A stretch of 64,000 nucleotides of DNA from Dipteris shenzhenensis (Eukaryota), in assembly GCA_047967505.1 (NCBI GenBank), contig CM106538.1; one strand, written 5' to 3'. The notes under the pieces were generated by a model, which saw only the letters and a program-made list of their open reading frames with translations, did no database searches and was not told the origin of the DNA. Shown one piece after another: positions 11,901 through 25,828 of this stretch. Position numbers and translations under genes: made by a program. Position 1 is the stretch's first letter, and each line of letters begins with the position of its first letter.

Positions 11901-14615
11901 TTTTACCTAGGTTGTATTCGAATTTAAAACTTTGTCTAGCATGCTTAAAATAAAAAATGCTTTCAATGAGCTAGCATTTTTTACAAAGTTTTTATAAGTA
12001 TATCAAACATATACGAGTGATAAAATTTTGTTAAAAATTAATTTTGGCAAGATTGATTTAGCAAATAACAAGAATGGGTAGCCTTTTATATACTACATGT
12101 AATAGCCATAAGCATCATATCTTAACAATACTAAAATTCTATCGTAGGAAAAGGTCACCACATCACAATAAAGCTATAATTAAAGAAGATTTATTGCTCT
12201 TAGTCTCAACTATCAAAAGAGTTTGTGCATGAAATCTTGATATTGGTATCACTCCTTCATGATTATAGGCACTCTATAAGTATAATTTAGATGTTTGAAG
12301 GTTCTTGTAATATGAGTTTACCCTTGTATCTTGAAAATAACATAAATTGCAACATAATGAACAATTAAAATAAGGTTTGAATTTGGTGTTTTACATGATA
12401 TTAGGTCCTCTAAAAACTCATGCTACTATGATAGTATCCTATTGAAGACATATATGTTCTTCTACCAAAGTAGTGTTAAAAAGTGAAATATGGAGCTTGG
12501 TTGAAGCTTTTGGTTCATGACAATAGGAAAACTTATTTAGTATCCTACTTTAATCCTATGGATGTGTGGGGTAGAGGTGGGGTGGACATTTGTAAGCATC
12601 TTGTATAGGTCCAACTCAAATATTTTTTTCGTAAAAATATGTAGATTTTATTAAATGTGATGAGTTGGAACAACTTGCTAACAACAAATTTATAGTGATG
12701 ACTAAGATGTATGCTTGAATTTTTATAGTATGAGAAAGGGTGGTGCATGAAAATAAAAGGATGAAAACTTTGTGATGTGGAACATAGAGTATAGGTATTA
12801 GGAGTGCTTGGTTCCAATGCTTCCTAATTCATTAGGAGCAAGGTGACATTAGACAGTTTAGAGGAGGAAGAGTTTAGAGGGGTGGAGAGAGAGGGAGAGA
12901 GAGCATGATCAACTTTCTTTTTTCCCCTAATTGATAAGAGAGAACCACATCAAGCTGATGATCAACTTTCTCTAATTCTTCATAGATAACAAGATCTGGG
13001 GTGAGTTTAAAGCCTTTGTGGATGCATACTTGCTAATCATGCATGTAAATATGTGTTTAGAGAGTCTACTATGAGCATTGTCTGGTGATATGCTCTTGGA
13101 AGCACTTGTGCTTATGTTAGAGCATTAAGATTGTCATGTACTTACGTACCTTCTCTTATCTCTTATCTCTTCTCTTCTCTTTATAGTGATGACTAAGATG
13201 TATGCTCAGGCTCCTCAGACGTCGTCCTCCAGTCATCACTAGGCTCCAGAGTATGGACAGCCATCCCAAGCATTGCAGTGTGGGTCGTCATCGCTACATC
13301 GGGCTTCTTTGTTTGTCTTTATTTCTCTGACCGCGCACAACTTTGTTTATGAGTTGTAATTTCTATGTGTAATGTGAAAGAGTCTATCTGAGGCTCCCTC
13401 GCCATTCAGGATGTTGCTCTGTAGGAAAGATGTTGCTTTGCGGGTGTATTTTGTAGTGATGGCCAAGGATTAGAGAGCTTTTTTGAATCTAAAATTTTTG
13501 GGTATTTTTGCACACCGTCCCAAAGCATGCCTACACAGGAAGCTTCAGATATATTGAATGTGGTATAATATGTGATTAGAGAAGTTCAGGAATAGTCTTT
13601 CCAATCGACCAACATATTGAAGACTTGCCAATCATCAAAAACCTGCAGCCAACCTCCACGGCGGATGATCAGGTACTTCATAGATTTTTCTGTGTTTTGC
13701 ACTTGAGCAAGCTGCAAGTTTGCAACAGAAGGTGGATGAGCAAGTTTTCAACCGATGTGTTGAGTGTTGTTGAACCTTTGCTAAATTGTGAGTGATTCTT
13801 TGTGGAGGGAGAGATAATTCAAAGTGAGTGAACTTTGGAATTGAGTGAAAGAGCGATGGAGAGAAAGGGCTTTGAAATTCATCTACCACCGAAAGAGTCC
13901 TTTTGGGTAGGGATCCAATTTCTGGATCTGCAGAGGTAGGGAAGCATCGTGAGAGGCTATGCATGGATGGACTTCAAGATGGCCAATTGCAAGGAGTTGT
14001 TGGATGGCAAACACCTAAGTTGTTGGGCATTTACCACTCCTTCAGCATTTGGCCTCGACCATGCTCTCAACAATTTACCACTGCTTCAGCATCTAGTCTC
14101 AGCCATGCTCTCAACAGCCTCCATATGAAGTTGGATCTCTATGTTTAGAACCAGAGATAGATGGATTCCTTGACGTAGGAGGGGGCATGATGGGATTACA
14201 CATGGAAGCTGGGAGCTCAGTGCAAGCTCATGGTCCAGGTAATTTGGATTTATGCTTGGTATTTGATTTCTCGAGTATGTTGTTTAGTTGCAGACCTGAC
14301 AAACCCTAAGAGCATGGTGTTTGGAGAAACTCAAGCAGTTCTCCTTTTAAGAGGGGGACATTTGGAGGATGCCGGTGCCTAGAGTGCTGAAGTTTGAAGG
14401 CGGGTACGTGATTGAAGGATGTGGTGCCATCTGATGCTACCAAAGATGGACCTGTGTACCAAGTTCGTTTGCTTGCATGGGACCAGACCTAGTGGAGCGG
14501 GAGCCACTGGTTGAAAGACCAGGAAGTAATATAGACACTGCATTGTTCCAAGGGGCTATGACATGGGCGTTGCTTGAGCATCTTCATCGATGAGTTAGAA
14601 TAGGATGAGATGTGT

Positions 14616-15400
14616 CGGTAAGAGGGGGTGTTGGGAAATACCTCCCCATCTATAAGCCTCCATATTAGGAGAGCATGGGGGAGGTGGACCTAGGGTTAGG
14701 GCTGCCACATGGGCAGCTTATTGGCTATCATGTGGGTAGCAAACTCAGAGAGAATACAAAGAAGAGTGGGCTGCCACATTGGCAACATCTAGGCTGCCAT
14801 GTGGGCAGCATACGAGCAATCAAGAAAAGGAATATGGGGCTGTCCCATGGGCAGCACATAGGCTTCCATATGAGCAGCACAATCATAGACTTACCCGGCC
14901 ATGAGTGGAGCTCTTGGTGGAGAGATTCTGTACGGAGCAAACACGTGACAAGGTGGAACAGTTCACAGTAGTTCTGGGCAAGATCTGGAGCTTGGAACAT
15001 GTTGATTAGAGCATGGAGGCCTGTGCAAGACTATGTGGACATCCTGGAGCAGTCAAGTTGAGATTGGATGGATTGGAAGAGCTGGTACAGCCTAGGAGTG
15101 TATGGATCTATAGTTGCCTTCATGACAGGTGTCTGCAGCAACATGTATGAGGCTGGTACGACAAATCTAGGTTAAGATCTAGCACTGGTATAGATGTGAA
15201 ACAGTAGGTAGAAGGCTGGAGCTGATAGGCGATTGGCAAGAGTAGACCATGGACCGGAGATCAAGGCTAAAACAAGCCCAGGAAGATGGTGAACAGATGC
15301 AACACGGGGGCGACTATCAGGTTGGCAAGATCGTTGGCAAAAATGCCTTGCAATAGGGCAGCATTGGTGAATTATAGATAGAAGTGCAATAAAGTAATTA
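14616..15400 (+). mobile_element. LTR-like non-coding element (PPT followed by a TG start)
   Basis: aagagggggtg|ttgggaaatacctcccc at ~14620. Internal gggctgccacatgggcagc motifs are shared with 16650-16720 (reverse) and 17180-17400. Confidence 0.45.
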
Positions 15401-15639
15401 TGGCAAAGAAAAACTTCAAGTCACTTATACCATTTAGATGGTCTTGCAGATGAAGAACCAGTACATTTTGTGTAGACTTCGGAGTAAATTCATTTTGTAT
15501 AGAGTCGAAGCCAGTATATTTGTTTTGTATGGAGTCAAGAGTGAGATGTATAGTATATTCATTCCAGGAGGGTCATTTTTTTTTTAATAGATTCATGGGG
15601 ATATTTGTTTCATTATTGATCCATAGTATGTTCGTTTTA

Positions 15640-15967
15640 TTTGGGTCAGCAAGCTTTTGCTTGCATTTTTAAGATTGGGGCATCGTGTCTTGGAAATCTC
15701 ACCCTTCTCGGATGTTCTCTCTTGGAATGCATTGATCTCGCAGGGATACACATAACAGGGCCAAGGTGAGAAGGCAATGGGCGCATGCAACATGAGAGCT
15801 ATGATATCATATTGTGCTGCTCTTATGGACATGTATACATTGCAGGATACGTATAACAGAGATAGGGTGAGCAAGTACTGGACTGTTTTTGAACGTATGC
15901 AACATGAGGGCTAGGATATAATATTGTGCTAGGCATTGCTCTTCTGGACATGTATGGCAAATGTCGT

Positions 15968-16011
<44 letters not shown>

Positions 16012-16402
16012 CCTCTCCCCCTCAGTGCACAGGTCTCTTCCCTTCTCGGAATTTTTGCTGTCTTGGAATGCATTGATCTCGCAGGAACAACACAATAGGA
16101 CCAAGCCCATGGTCTTTTAGCAATGACCTTTTGGACATGTATGCCAAGCGTGTGCTTGAGAAGATTCCAGCTCAGAATGTTCTCTCTTGGAATGCATTGA
16201 CAAGATCAAGGTGAGCAAGCATTGGATTGTTTTGAAAGCATTCAACATGAAGGCATCCCTCCAAATGCAATGACCTATGCTTGCATCTCTATAGCCTATG
16301 GTAGTTGCGAGAGAGAGCTATCTGCAAAATATTATCGTGCAAAATATTGTGTGCTTGAGGAGCTGCCTTCGCGAAATGTTGTCTCTCTTGGGAATGGATT
16401 GA

Positions 16403-16410
<8 letters not shown>
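15640..16410 (+). pseudogene. fragmented PLS-class PPR pseudogene interrupted by (CT)n tracts
   Basis: Repeated remnants: DVLSWNALIS, LGIALLDMYGKC, LLDMYAK, VLEKIPAQNVLSWNAL, DCFESIQHEGIPPNAMTYACI, VLEELPSRNVVS; frameshifted. Confidence 0.8.
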
Positions 16411-16443
<33 letters not shown>

Positions 16444-17145
16444 AGCCTATTTTGAATGCATGCAACTCGAGGGTGGCCCTTTGGATGCAGTGATCTGTGG
16501 GTGCACCTTGAAAGAGTGGGAGATGTAGAGAGAAAGAGAGAAGGAGAGATTGATGGAAGCAGTGAGGAAAGGAGAGAGACAAAGAGTGATGGAAGCATCT
16601 GCAGAGCTCGTGGCCATGCTAGCTACAGCCAACACACATTGCCATGCAAGCAACCACATTAGCTGCCACATAGGCAGCCAAGTCGGCTGCCACATAGGCA
16701 ACCAAGTCGGCTACCACATAGGTAGTCACAATAGTAGACAATCATACAGACAGCACCACAATAGTGCACAGCAGCCACATCAACAAGAACGCGGCAGTCG
16801 GTGATTGGAGCAGCCCGATCAGCTTGGTCAGGACAGATCTGGCCAAGGGGCTGCCTTAGTTTGTCATTTCTAAGGCCCAAGGGAGCCTATAAAAGGTAGC
16901 CACCTTGGCCTCATTCATCATTCACTTCCATGGTTGAAGAGTGCAGCCAACAGTAGTATTTTGCAGCTGAGGTAGGAGCAGCGAATCTGGTTCATCCTTG
17001 GCGCCTATAGAACATCTTCCAGGCCCCTTCATTCTGGACAGCAGCAGCATCAGGGTCTGCATCAAAGCATCCCTCTTATGCTCATCTACAGTGAGGGTTC
17101 ATCCCTCCATATAGTACTTATTCTTTCAGTTGTATTCAGCCCTAT

Positions 17146-18750
17146 TGGGAATACATTTATGTTGGCCATGGGCAGGTCACCTCCCCATCTGTAAGTCCCC
17201 AAATGAGGAGAGCGTGGGAGAGGTGGACCTAGGGCCACGGCTGCCGTATGGGCATCTGATTGGATGCCTTTGTGGGAAGCATGCCTAGAGGGAAAAAGAA
17301 AGATAGGGGGTTGCAACATGGGCAAGCACCTCACAGCAGCAAGGGGACTACCACATGGGCAGCACATGGGTTGCCATGTGTGCAACATAAGAAATGAGTA
17401 CTTGGCACCAAGGTGGACAATGACAGGCTGCGTAAAGGGACTGAGAAAGACCACGATGCTGTCAGCATGGGTACAACTTGGTACGGATGCTTGGAGCAGA
17501 CTGTACAGAGGTCCATGTGGCCTGACAAAAGGCGGATCCAGGGCAGGAAGGAGGCGCAGATGTGGTGCAGATCTATAGGTGTCTGGAAAACCCTTATGGC
17601 TTGCATTGGTGGACCAGGGTTTAGGGCAGGAAAGGCCCTAGACAGATGGCAGGAAAGATGGAGCAGATAGGCAGTTATGGGCAGGTGGCAGGCTTGCAAT
17701 AGGCCCTGGGATAGGGCAGATATGCTGGGCACCCAGGTGGCCAGGAGCAGCAGTAAAAGGGCTGGCCGTGGGGCCTTAAATAGAGCCCTACTGGGTTGGC
17801 CCAGTAGGCAGGTCGACCAATAGGGGGCTGCTAGGTCAGCCCATTTCCCCCTACTGGGTCAGTTGGTTTTGGGCCTTATAAAAGAGCCCCTTCTGGGGCT
17901 CATAAGGCATCACTTGGAGCAACAATCCAAGAGCATGAAGGCCTGCAATAGGCCCTGGGATAGGGCAGGTGGCAGGCCTGCCATAGGCCCTGGGATAAGG
18001 CAGATATGCTGGGCACCCAGGTGGCTGGGAGCAGCAGTAAAAGGGCTGGCTGTGGGGCCTTAAATAGAGCCCTACTAGGTCGGCCCAATAGGCAGGTCGG
18101 CCAATAGGAGGCCTGTTGGGTCGGCCCATTTCCCCCTACTGGGTCGATTGGTTTTGGGCCTTATAAAAGGGCCCCTTATGGGGCTCATAAGGCATCACTT
18201 GGAGCAGCAATCCAAGTGCAAGAATGCCTACAATAGGCCCTGGGATAGGGCAGATATGCTAGGCACCCAGGTGGCCAGGAGCAGTAGTAAAAGGGCTGGC
18301 CGTGGGGCTCTTAAATAGAGCCGGCCCAGTAGGCAGGTCGGCTAATAGGGGGGGCTACTGGGTCGGCCCATTTCCCCCTACTGGGTCGGTTGGTTTTGGG
18401 CCTTATAAAAGGGCCCCTTTTGGGGCTTATAAGGCATCACTTGAAGTAGCAGTCCAAGAGCAGGAAGGAGCAGCAATGCAATAGCAAGGAGCAGCAGCAA
18501 TAGGTCCATCCTTGGGCCTATACATAGGAGCTGAAGGAGACGTACAAGGGCTGCAGGCTTAGCTCAAGATGCTGCCCAGCTAGACTGGCTACCCCGGATA
18601 GCAAGGTGGAAGTGATCACTGACAGAGAGTCTACATAAGCTCAGTGGAGCATGCAGTATTAGGGATCTGGAGGTGACAGCTAGATAACATTTTGGTAAGG
18701 TCAGAGGACCACGTATTGGTGGAACTCTAAGCCTCTCTTTTGTATTGTGT
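17146..18750 (+). mobile_element. LTR-like element related to the one at ~14630, containing a 3-copy tandem repeat
   Basis: acctccccatctgtaagtccccaaatgaggagagcgtgggagaggtggacctaggg (~17178) matches acctccccatctataagcctccatattaggagagcatgggggaggtggacctaggg (~14640). Confidence 0.5.
17690..18460. repeat. tandem repeat, 3 copies of a ~250-284 bp unit
   Basis: The anchor cagatatgct recurs at 17717, 18001 and 18251. Each unit has gggccttataaaag and cataaggcatcactt-like motifs. Confidence 0.92.
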
Positions 18751-19508
18751 TCTATGGTTGGACAAAAATATCTTTGGCAATAAGAGGTGGAGTGGAGGGA
18801 GAGCTAGGAGATTTGCCACGTGTTGTTATGGTACCCTTTCCATCTTGACACGCCATAGCAGAGGCACTTGGGCATCATTGTGTAGGAGCAAGGCAGAAGA
18901 GAGAAGCCATCTGCTAACACGAGTGAGGACTCAGAGGCGGTGAGTCGTGATTGTAGACAGCAAGCAGATATGAGTTGGGAACTTTGGCAATGGGACTGAC
19001 CAGAGATGTGAGAATAGATTGGTGTCACTGGTGATTGGTCTTCACGGCTAACCAGTGATGGAGTGGAGTGGAGAGTGCACACAGCAAAGAACAATCATGC
19101 GGATTGGAACAGTCAGGTTGAAGGATGGGAGGGAGTACAGAGGCCAAGAGGCCAAGAGATGTACAACAGATCGCCCAACTAGGGATCGACACATGGCGAA
19201 TTGCATAGGGGACAGAGATTGATCGCATAGAAGATTGACATGGCATGGTGCAACGCGAGCGTAGGCATGGTGATGTGGCAAGGCACAGTGCTGAGGGTCA
19301 AAAACTTCGCAGTAAGTCATGACATGTGCTGCGCGTTGTTGAGGGGCAGATCGAGGGCATTGGCTGGTCGAGGCCACATAGTTCGACTCATGCATCACAC
19401 GTGCATCGTGCTACATGATGTCACTGCGATGACAGAGCCTGATTGCGAGAGTAAATGTTGAGCTGCAGAGTGCAAACACGACGTAAATGCAGATAGAAGA
19501 GTCAATGC

Positions 19509-19510
<2 letters not shown>

Positions 19511-19568
<58 letters not shown>

Positions 19569-19687
19569 TAGTGCGAGGAGAGTATAGGGAAGAGCAAGAC
19601 ACACTAGAGGAGAGAGAGAGTGAGAGAGAGGGAGGGGAGAGAGAGAGAGGGGTATATTTATTTATTTATGCACATATATAAAAATAT

Positions 19688-19722
<35 letters not shown>

Positions 19723-19777
19723 CAATAGTGTATTATATATATATACATATATATGTGATAAAAAACATATGTATCAT

Positions 19778-19808
<31 letters not shown>

Positions 19809-19904
19809 GGAGAGAGCAAAGAGAGTAGAGAGAAGAGCGAGACACGAGATGAGAGAGAGAGACTAAGAGAGAGGGACATAGAGGAGTATATTTATTTATT
19901 TATG

Positions 19905-19941
<37 letters not shown>

Positions 19942-20092
19942 TATATATAAGATATTTATTCTACTTATATATATATATATAATAGTGTATTATATATATA
20001 CACTATAGTATATATTTTATATACTATTATATATATGTAATAATAATAATATATGTAGCATATATTATATTATATATATATATATATATATC
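19511..20092. repeat. compound (GA)n/(TA)n microsatellite region
   Basis: Long GA and TA runs, with a loosely duplicated GA-then-TA block structure. Confidence 0.95.
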
Positions 20093-22621
20093 TTCTCTTA
20101 TCTTATCTTATCTTACTATATATTAAGGAGAGTGGGAGGCAAGTGTGCGCCATGTGTCATGTGGAAGGTATGCCACGTGTTGCATGGCTAAAGAAGTTGG
20201 AAACACCACCTGTCATGCAGGTGGAGAGGTTTGAGGGGAGCATTAGTTGCCTAGATAATGTTTGGCATATGTAGTCGAGGTGAGGTTATTCCCTTGATGT
20301 CGGCACTTCTTAATCTCTAGATGCACCTCTGTGAAGGAGGTCAAATGTTTCTTCAACGATGAGTTGCATAGGAGCCCTCAAAATTTGAGCATGCAAAGGC
20401 AATGACCAATTGGGGTGGTCAAGAAAGGTAGGGAAGTTGATCATTATGGAGCCCTCTATTAATCTAACTCAAGTGTGTTTCGAACACCTTAAAAGAAGCT
20501 TGCTAATCTCCTAAGGAAAAGAAGTAGCATCCCTAGCAATATCACTAATGATGCTAGATTTGTGAAAGTTCCACTTACCCCAATTCTTAATGTTAGGTCA
20601 ACAAGGAGGGAGGAAAAAGGATCCATGGCTAGGTATAGCAACAAAACAAAGAATCCGAAGAGTCCTATGCTGTTGAGTTGTTTATTGGATTGAGTGGAAT
20701 AGAGAAATCAAAATGTGAGCATTCATACAATGGCTCAAGTAGTTGAAAAAAGGTTTGGAGCAAGACTATGTCGTTGAAGTTAGCAATCTTTAGATGCCAA
20801 CAACCATAGGTCAAAAGTTTGATATTGTGTCAAATCATGGAGATTGGGGTTCCAAATTTTATTCCACACTAGCATGAGAAGCATCCTCCACGACATTATT
20901 CTTTCCTAAGCAAGGATTATAGTGCATATGGCTTCTACTTTAGTCCCCCTTAGGAAGGAAATTATGTTCTCTTGAAAGCTTAGGAAGGATATCAAGCGGA
21001 AGCAAATCAAAATTGATGTCGGAGAGCAATGAGCCAAATTGTCAGAACTCTATTGATGGGATTGATTGGAGATCCTACTTGGCCACATTCAATAGGTGGC
21101 AAATCAGAAGAGGTAGAGACTGACTGGAAGGGAGATCATGTTATTTTGTAAGCAAAGCAATTGGTAAGGAATTTCATGATCGATGAAACTTTGGCTTCAA
21201 AGAGCCTTAGTGTTAATTTTTCTTTGGCGTGAACTTTCAATGAAATGTTTGTTTGTTTTTGTGTTTTTTACTCACCACACACACAGGAGGGGGGGAGGTG
21301 AGGGAAAAGGAAGGAGGGGGGGCACGGGCATCTCCTTACATCACTTTCTTCCCCCAACACCTTTGTGGATAGCTCTCCTTGGAGTCATTCGTACATAATG
21401 ATACCATTAGGGTAGTATCCCTCTCCAAAGAATTGCCACACTCTATCAAGGCTATCGATGATGCTTGGCACAGCACCATACATAGCATGTTAGTCATTTT
21501 CCAATCGTAAAGTTATGGAGTAGAGGTTTTATGTTGAAGTCCAGTTTCCTTTGGGACTCAGTGGTGGTGGTTGAAGGCATAAGGATCTTGGAAGTCATCA
21601 GGTAGCTGTCATAAGTTGAGGTAAACGAGATGAAGCCTTGCGCAATTGTCAATGAAGACCTATCATATGGGCATGGAAGCTTACAAGAGTCCATATAACT
21701 TGTAATGTGCATTAGGTGTTGGGCCACACATGCAAGAATCTATGAATGGGATGAAAGGCGTGTGCCCTCTCCACCATATATATCACTCCAGAATAGAGTC
21801 ACATCTATGTAAGCTTTAAGAAGCGGATAAAACATTATTAGTAAAGGAGGAGATGAATAATAATAATAATAATAATAATGCAAGTTGCCAAGATAGTAAG
21901 GAATTAGTACGAGATTGTAAAATGAGGTGTGGCACATCTTGTGAGTTTAAGACAGATGCAACTTGCTACCATCATACCACAGAAGTTATCCCCTCACAAA
22001 ATTTTGGCATCGTAGCAAGTTGTAATTGAAGTTAAATGACCCGTCCATGAGTCCACGCATCAAGACTTCCTTGCAAAGGTGGATCCTATATGGTTCATTC
22101 ACTTCATTGCCTCCTTAGGGTAGCAAATTGAGGAGAAAATTATATTAGAGAGGAAGGCACGGTTAGGATAAGGAGAGAACAATTCGAGAACAATAGAGAG
22201 TAGCATCCAACTTGAGAGGCTTGCTAGCCTAAAAGTCACAAGGATAGGAAGGGTAATCTTGACTCGGGAACCTTCACAAAAACATGTGTGTCATCAATTA
22301 GCATTGGAAAATCTATAGAAGAGCAAATTTTTCCCCTTGCAAGATGTGAAATTAGAAATGAATATAGCCTTGAAGCTATCCAAGTTGATTGAAAAAAGGT
22401 TCACAAATTTCTTGATTGTAAAATTGTGTTACCTTCTCCTTTTGGCCTAGGTGGTAAATGAAAAATCCATGTCATAAAAAATGCTCATTAATTGAAACAA
22501 AAATGGCGTACAAATATGGAAAGCTCATGTATCTAAAATTCAAAGTTGATAGTCTATACAACACTTATGGGGTCATGTAACCAAGATTGAGTCTATTATC
22601 ATCTTTTGTTGCATGTGATAG

Positions 22622-23412
22622 TTCTACTATCTAAATGTATGATAAAAATACAATACCAACTATAGATAGATGAGCCCAAAGAAATTATTGGGTTCTTTTA
22701 AATTAGGGCTTAGGTTGTTGAAATGTGCATTTAGCAACTATGGGAAAAACTAACTACGGTTCAATTAAGTGGAATCCAATCTCAATCCAATGTGCCCTAA
22801 GGAAGTATAAAATTTAGAAGGCATACATTAGAAAGTAATTAAGCCATTTCTTTGCTAAGAGGTAGGTCCTTATGTAGTTGCTTGACTGAATACCCACCTA
22901 AGGGGGATCTAATTTTCAACACAACAAGGCAGCCATGACAATAATTTAGGCTACAAAGATTTGAGCTTAGAACTGCCCTTTCCTAGGTGATAATCCCACT
23001 CTATTAGACTAGGATAAATCATCCTTCTATTGTCTGAATGTATGATAAAAATAAAACTAGCTATAAATATAGTGAAGCCAAAGAAATTATTACTTTCTTT
23101 TAAATCAGGGCCTTGGTGTTGAAATGTGCAGTTAGCTACTATGGGAAAAACAAACAACCGGTTCAATTAAGTGGAGCCCAATGTCAATTCAATGTGTCTC
23201 AAGGAAGTATAAAATTCCCAAGGCATGATGCATTGTAAAGTAATTAAGCCAATTCTTTGCTAAGAAGTAGGTCCTTATGTAGCTACTTGATTGAATACCC
23301 ACTTGAGAGGGATCCAATTTCCCACATAACAAAGATGACAATAATTTAGGCTACAAAGGTTTGATCTTAGGACTACCCTTTTTTAGGGATAATCCCACAC
23401 TATTAGTCTAGG
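22622..23412. repeat. diverged tandem duplication, 2 x ~400 bp
   Basis: Colinear anchors (tgtatgataaaaata, ccaaagaaattatt, ggttcaattaagtgg, gacaataatttaggctacaaag, gataatcccac) recur about 400 bp apart. Confidence 0.9.
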
Positions 23413-23953
23413 CTAAATCAAGCATTGTAAAGGAGAGAGAATGCATGATCTGATTAAAAACATGTATGGAAGTGTAGTATGTAAGATGATTGAGGCAGAT
23501 AGGAATGTGTTGCTATTGTAGGAGATGAGGATACAAGTTTTACCAATAACGTTTGTTTCCAACTGCGACCTTACCATGACACACTCAATAAACCTTGATG
23601 TACTTATGGTACGGGTAGATTTCACCCCTTATCCTTGAGGATAAAAAATCTCCCCCAAACCCCCAACCCCAACCCCCCCCCTCTCTCTCTCTCTTCTTGC
23701 CCTCTTTGTTAAAATTTTTTTAACTTACCCTTTGTTGTTTTTTGCCTCATTGTGGCTTTCTCGAAAGTTGGTTGTTTGATTTCAATCATCCCCTCAATGA
23801 GGAAAAACAATCTCACCCCTTAACCCCAAGCATACTCTTTCTCTCTCTCTCTCCCCCCACCCCCTAGAGATGCCATGTGCTCTCCCTATGCAGACGTACT
23901 AGATGGGTATTTTGTTGTCCCATAAACGAGTTGGTCTCCCATGGACATTAATA

Positions 23954-23996
<43 letters not shown>

Positions 23997-24814
23997 TGTG
24001 GGGGCGAGGGGCAAGAATTTTTTGGGAAACTATCTGTCCTCGATCAACATCACATGGTTGGTTGCTCATCTAGCAAAATTGTTGAGTAAGCTCGCATAGA
24101 GACAAGCTAAGTGGTGCCTATGGTTGAGGGGGTCTTGAAACCTAAATTTTGATTTTTTTTTTATTAAAGACATTATGATCCAATCTTGAGACCCGGCGGA
24201 GCGGGTCTCTAACCCGTCGTAGACGTGTCATGCCACTCCTCCATAAAATTTGGAATAAAACGTTGCCTTAGCTCATAATAGAACCCATGAAGGGTTATCA
24301 TACATTGGGACTCAGGTGAGAGACAAGTTGACTTTGGTATCTTGATTCAATATCATACATGAACTTGCGGATCCCAAATTCCAAGATCCGTTTGTGCTTC
24401 AAACATAGTGACTTATGAGTCTGTTTAGCCCGGAGAATATGCTCGGACAATATATTTGTCCAAAGGATGTATGAATTCCGCGCGCGGATAATATATTTGT
24501 GCAAAAGGTGTATGCATCCCGCAAGTGAAGCTTTGAACACCCATTTGCCTGGCCAATGTTACGGCCCGAATGCCGAACTCCCGACCGATCGCGCCAAAGT
24601 AGAAGCACCCGATTTGCTTGATGAACAGACTGACTTCACTGGCCGAACGCTTCGTGAGCAGAAAGAATCGAAGCTTGAAGCACTCGCTCCGAGTGATGAG
24701 CAAGATGAACACAATTCGCTTGCCGCTGATATGATGTTAGCGTGGTTTGCAGGGGAAATTCGAAAACCCAATTCGGACCCACAACGCGTTTCAAACTGCA
24801 ACGGCTTTACAGTA

Positions 24815-25522
24815 TCATTCGGAACTTCTCCATGCGTCTGTTCCCCAGACGTATTCTAGCTGCTGCAAGTCAAAATCCTGTCTATGCGAGGTCGCATCAT
24901 GATACACAAATGAGTCCAGGTCCACGTCAAGAGTAGCGGAAAAGGGCGGCAGCTCAGCAAGGCAATCCCAATCATCCGGAATTTCGCCGATGTCAAAGGG
25001 CAATTCCTGCCACTGTGGAAGAGCGTCGACAGTACTGGAAATGGGGGAAGCGCTCTCTTCGAGTTTGACATGAGTAAAATCAAAGACAGAGGAGGGGGAA
25101 GGGTGGGAGAAGGCGGCAAACTGCTGTGCGTCGACGGTAGAGCAAGCAGAGACGGAGGAGTAGGAGGAGCTGGAGGAGCGAGGGGAGGAGGCCGAGCGGG
25201 GCGAATGGGAAGCGAGCGATGCGGCAGCGGCTGCGGCGATGGACTGGATGTCTTTTTTGGAGAAATGGGCGAGGGAAATGCGAGGCAAGGGGGGCAAGTG
25301 AGGCAAATTGAGGGAAGTGGAGGAACCACGGAGGCAGAGGGCAGCGGCGTCGTAGGCACGGGCAGCTTGCAGGGGACAAGAGAAGGAGCCAAGCCAGATA
25401 CGGTCACGGCTATGGGGCATACGAATTTCAGAGACCCATTTACCCCAAGAGCGTTTTCTGACGCCCTTGAAGCGAGGGGGGGAGGAGGGGTGAGAGATAG
25501 GGGAGGGTTTGGTCATGATCAA
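24815..25522 (-). CDS. AP2/ERF transcription factor, DREB subfamily (ERF017-like, group II)
   Basis: Intact 235-aa ORF with [30 protein letters not shown]...[19 protein letters not shown]14/E19; post-domain [11 protein letters not shown]; Ser-rich and acidic C-terminus. Confidence 0.93.
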   Translation of the reverse strand: MIMTKPSPISHPSSPPRFKGVRKRSWGKWVSEIRMPHSRDRIWLGSFSCPLQAARAYDAAALCLRGSSTSLNLPHLPPLPRISLAHFSKKDIQSIAAAAAASLASHSPRSASSPRSSSSSYSSVSACSTVDAQQFAAFSHPSPSSVFDFTHVKLEESASPISSTVDALPQWQELPFDIGEIPDDWDCLAELPPFSATLDVDLDSFVYHDATSHRQDFDLQQLEYVWGTDAWRSSE

Positions 25523-25828
25523 TCAACAGAAACGATGAAGGAGGAGGGCGCTAACCTGAGAAGAAGCAATGGGAAGATATATAGCAGAGGAGATTGGGAA
25601 GATATACAGCAGAGGAGATTGGGAAGGAAGCTCTAATAATCAACAAACAGCAGAGTTGAAGAAGATGAACAAGCTTGCAGTGATTAAGAACGAGCTTGAA
25701 TGGAGAGATGAACAAGCTCGCAGAGATTAGGAGTGAGCTTGACTGGAGAAGATGAAGTAGATAGAAGAAAGCTTGCAGACAAGGTTGCAATACTTTGTTA
25801 TTACAAGCATCTGAGACAACAATGGAAG

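Noticed and set aside
15965-15985. gtgctctctctc resembling a miR156/529/535-family site
   Set aside because: It is just the start of a (CT)n microsatellite; there is no hairpin or SPL context.
15807-16120. ORFs with ERERER/SLSLSL runs (also at 19395-19808, 27013-27210 and 40038-40283)
   Set aside because: They are translations of (GA)n/(CT)n/(TA)n microsatellites.
25070-25636. 188-aa Gly-rich plus-strand ORF and other overlapping ORFs
   Set aside because: Antisense or alternative-frame shadows of the GC-rich AP2/ERF gene.
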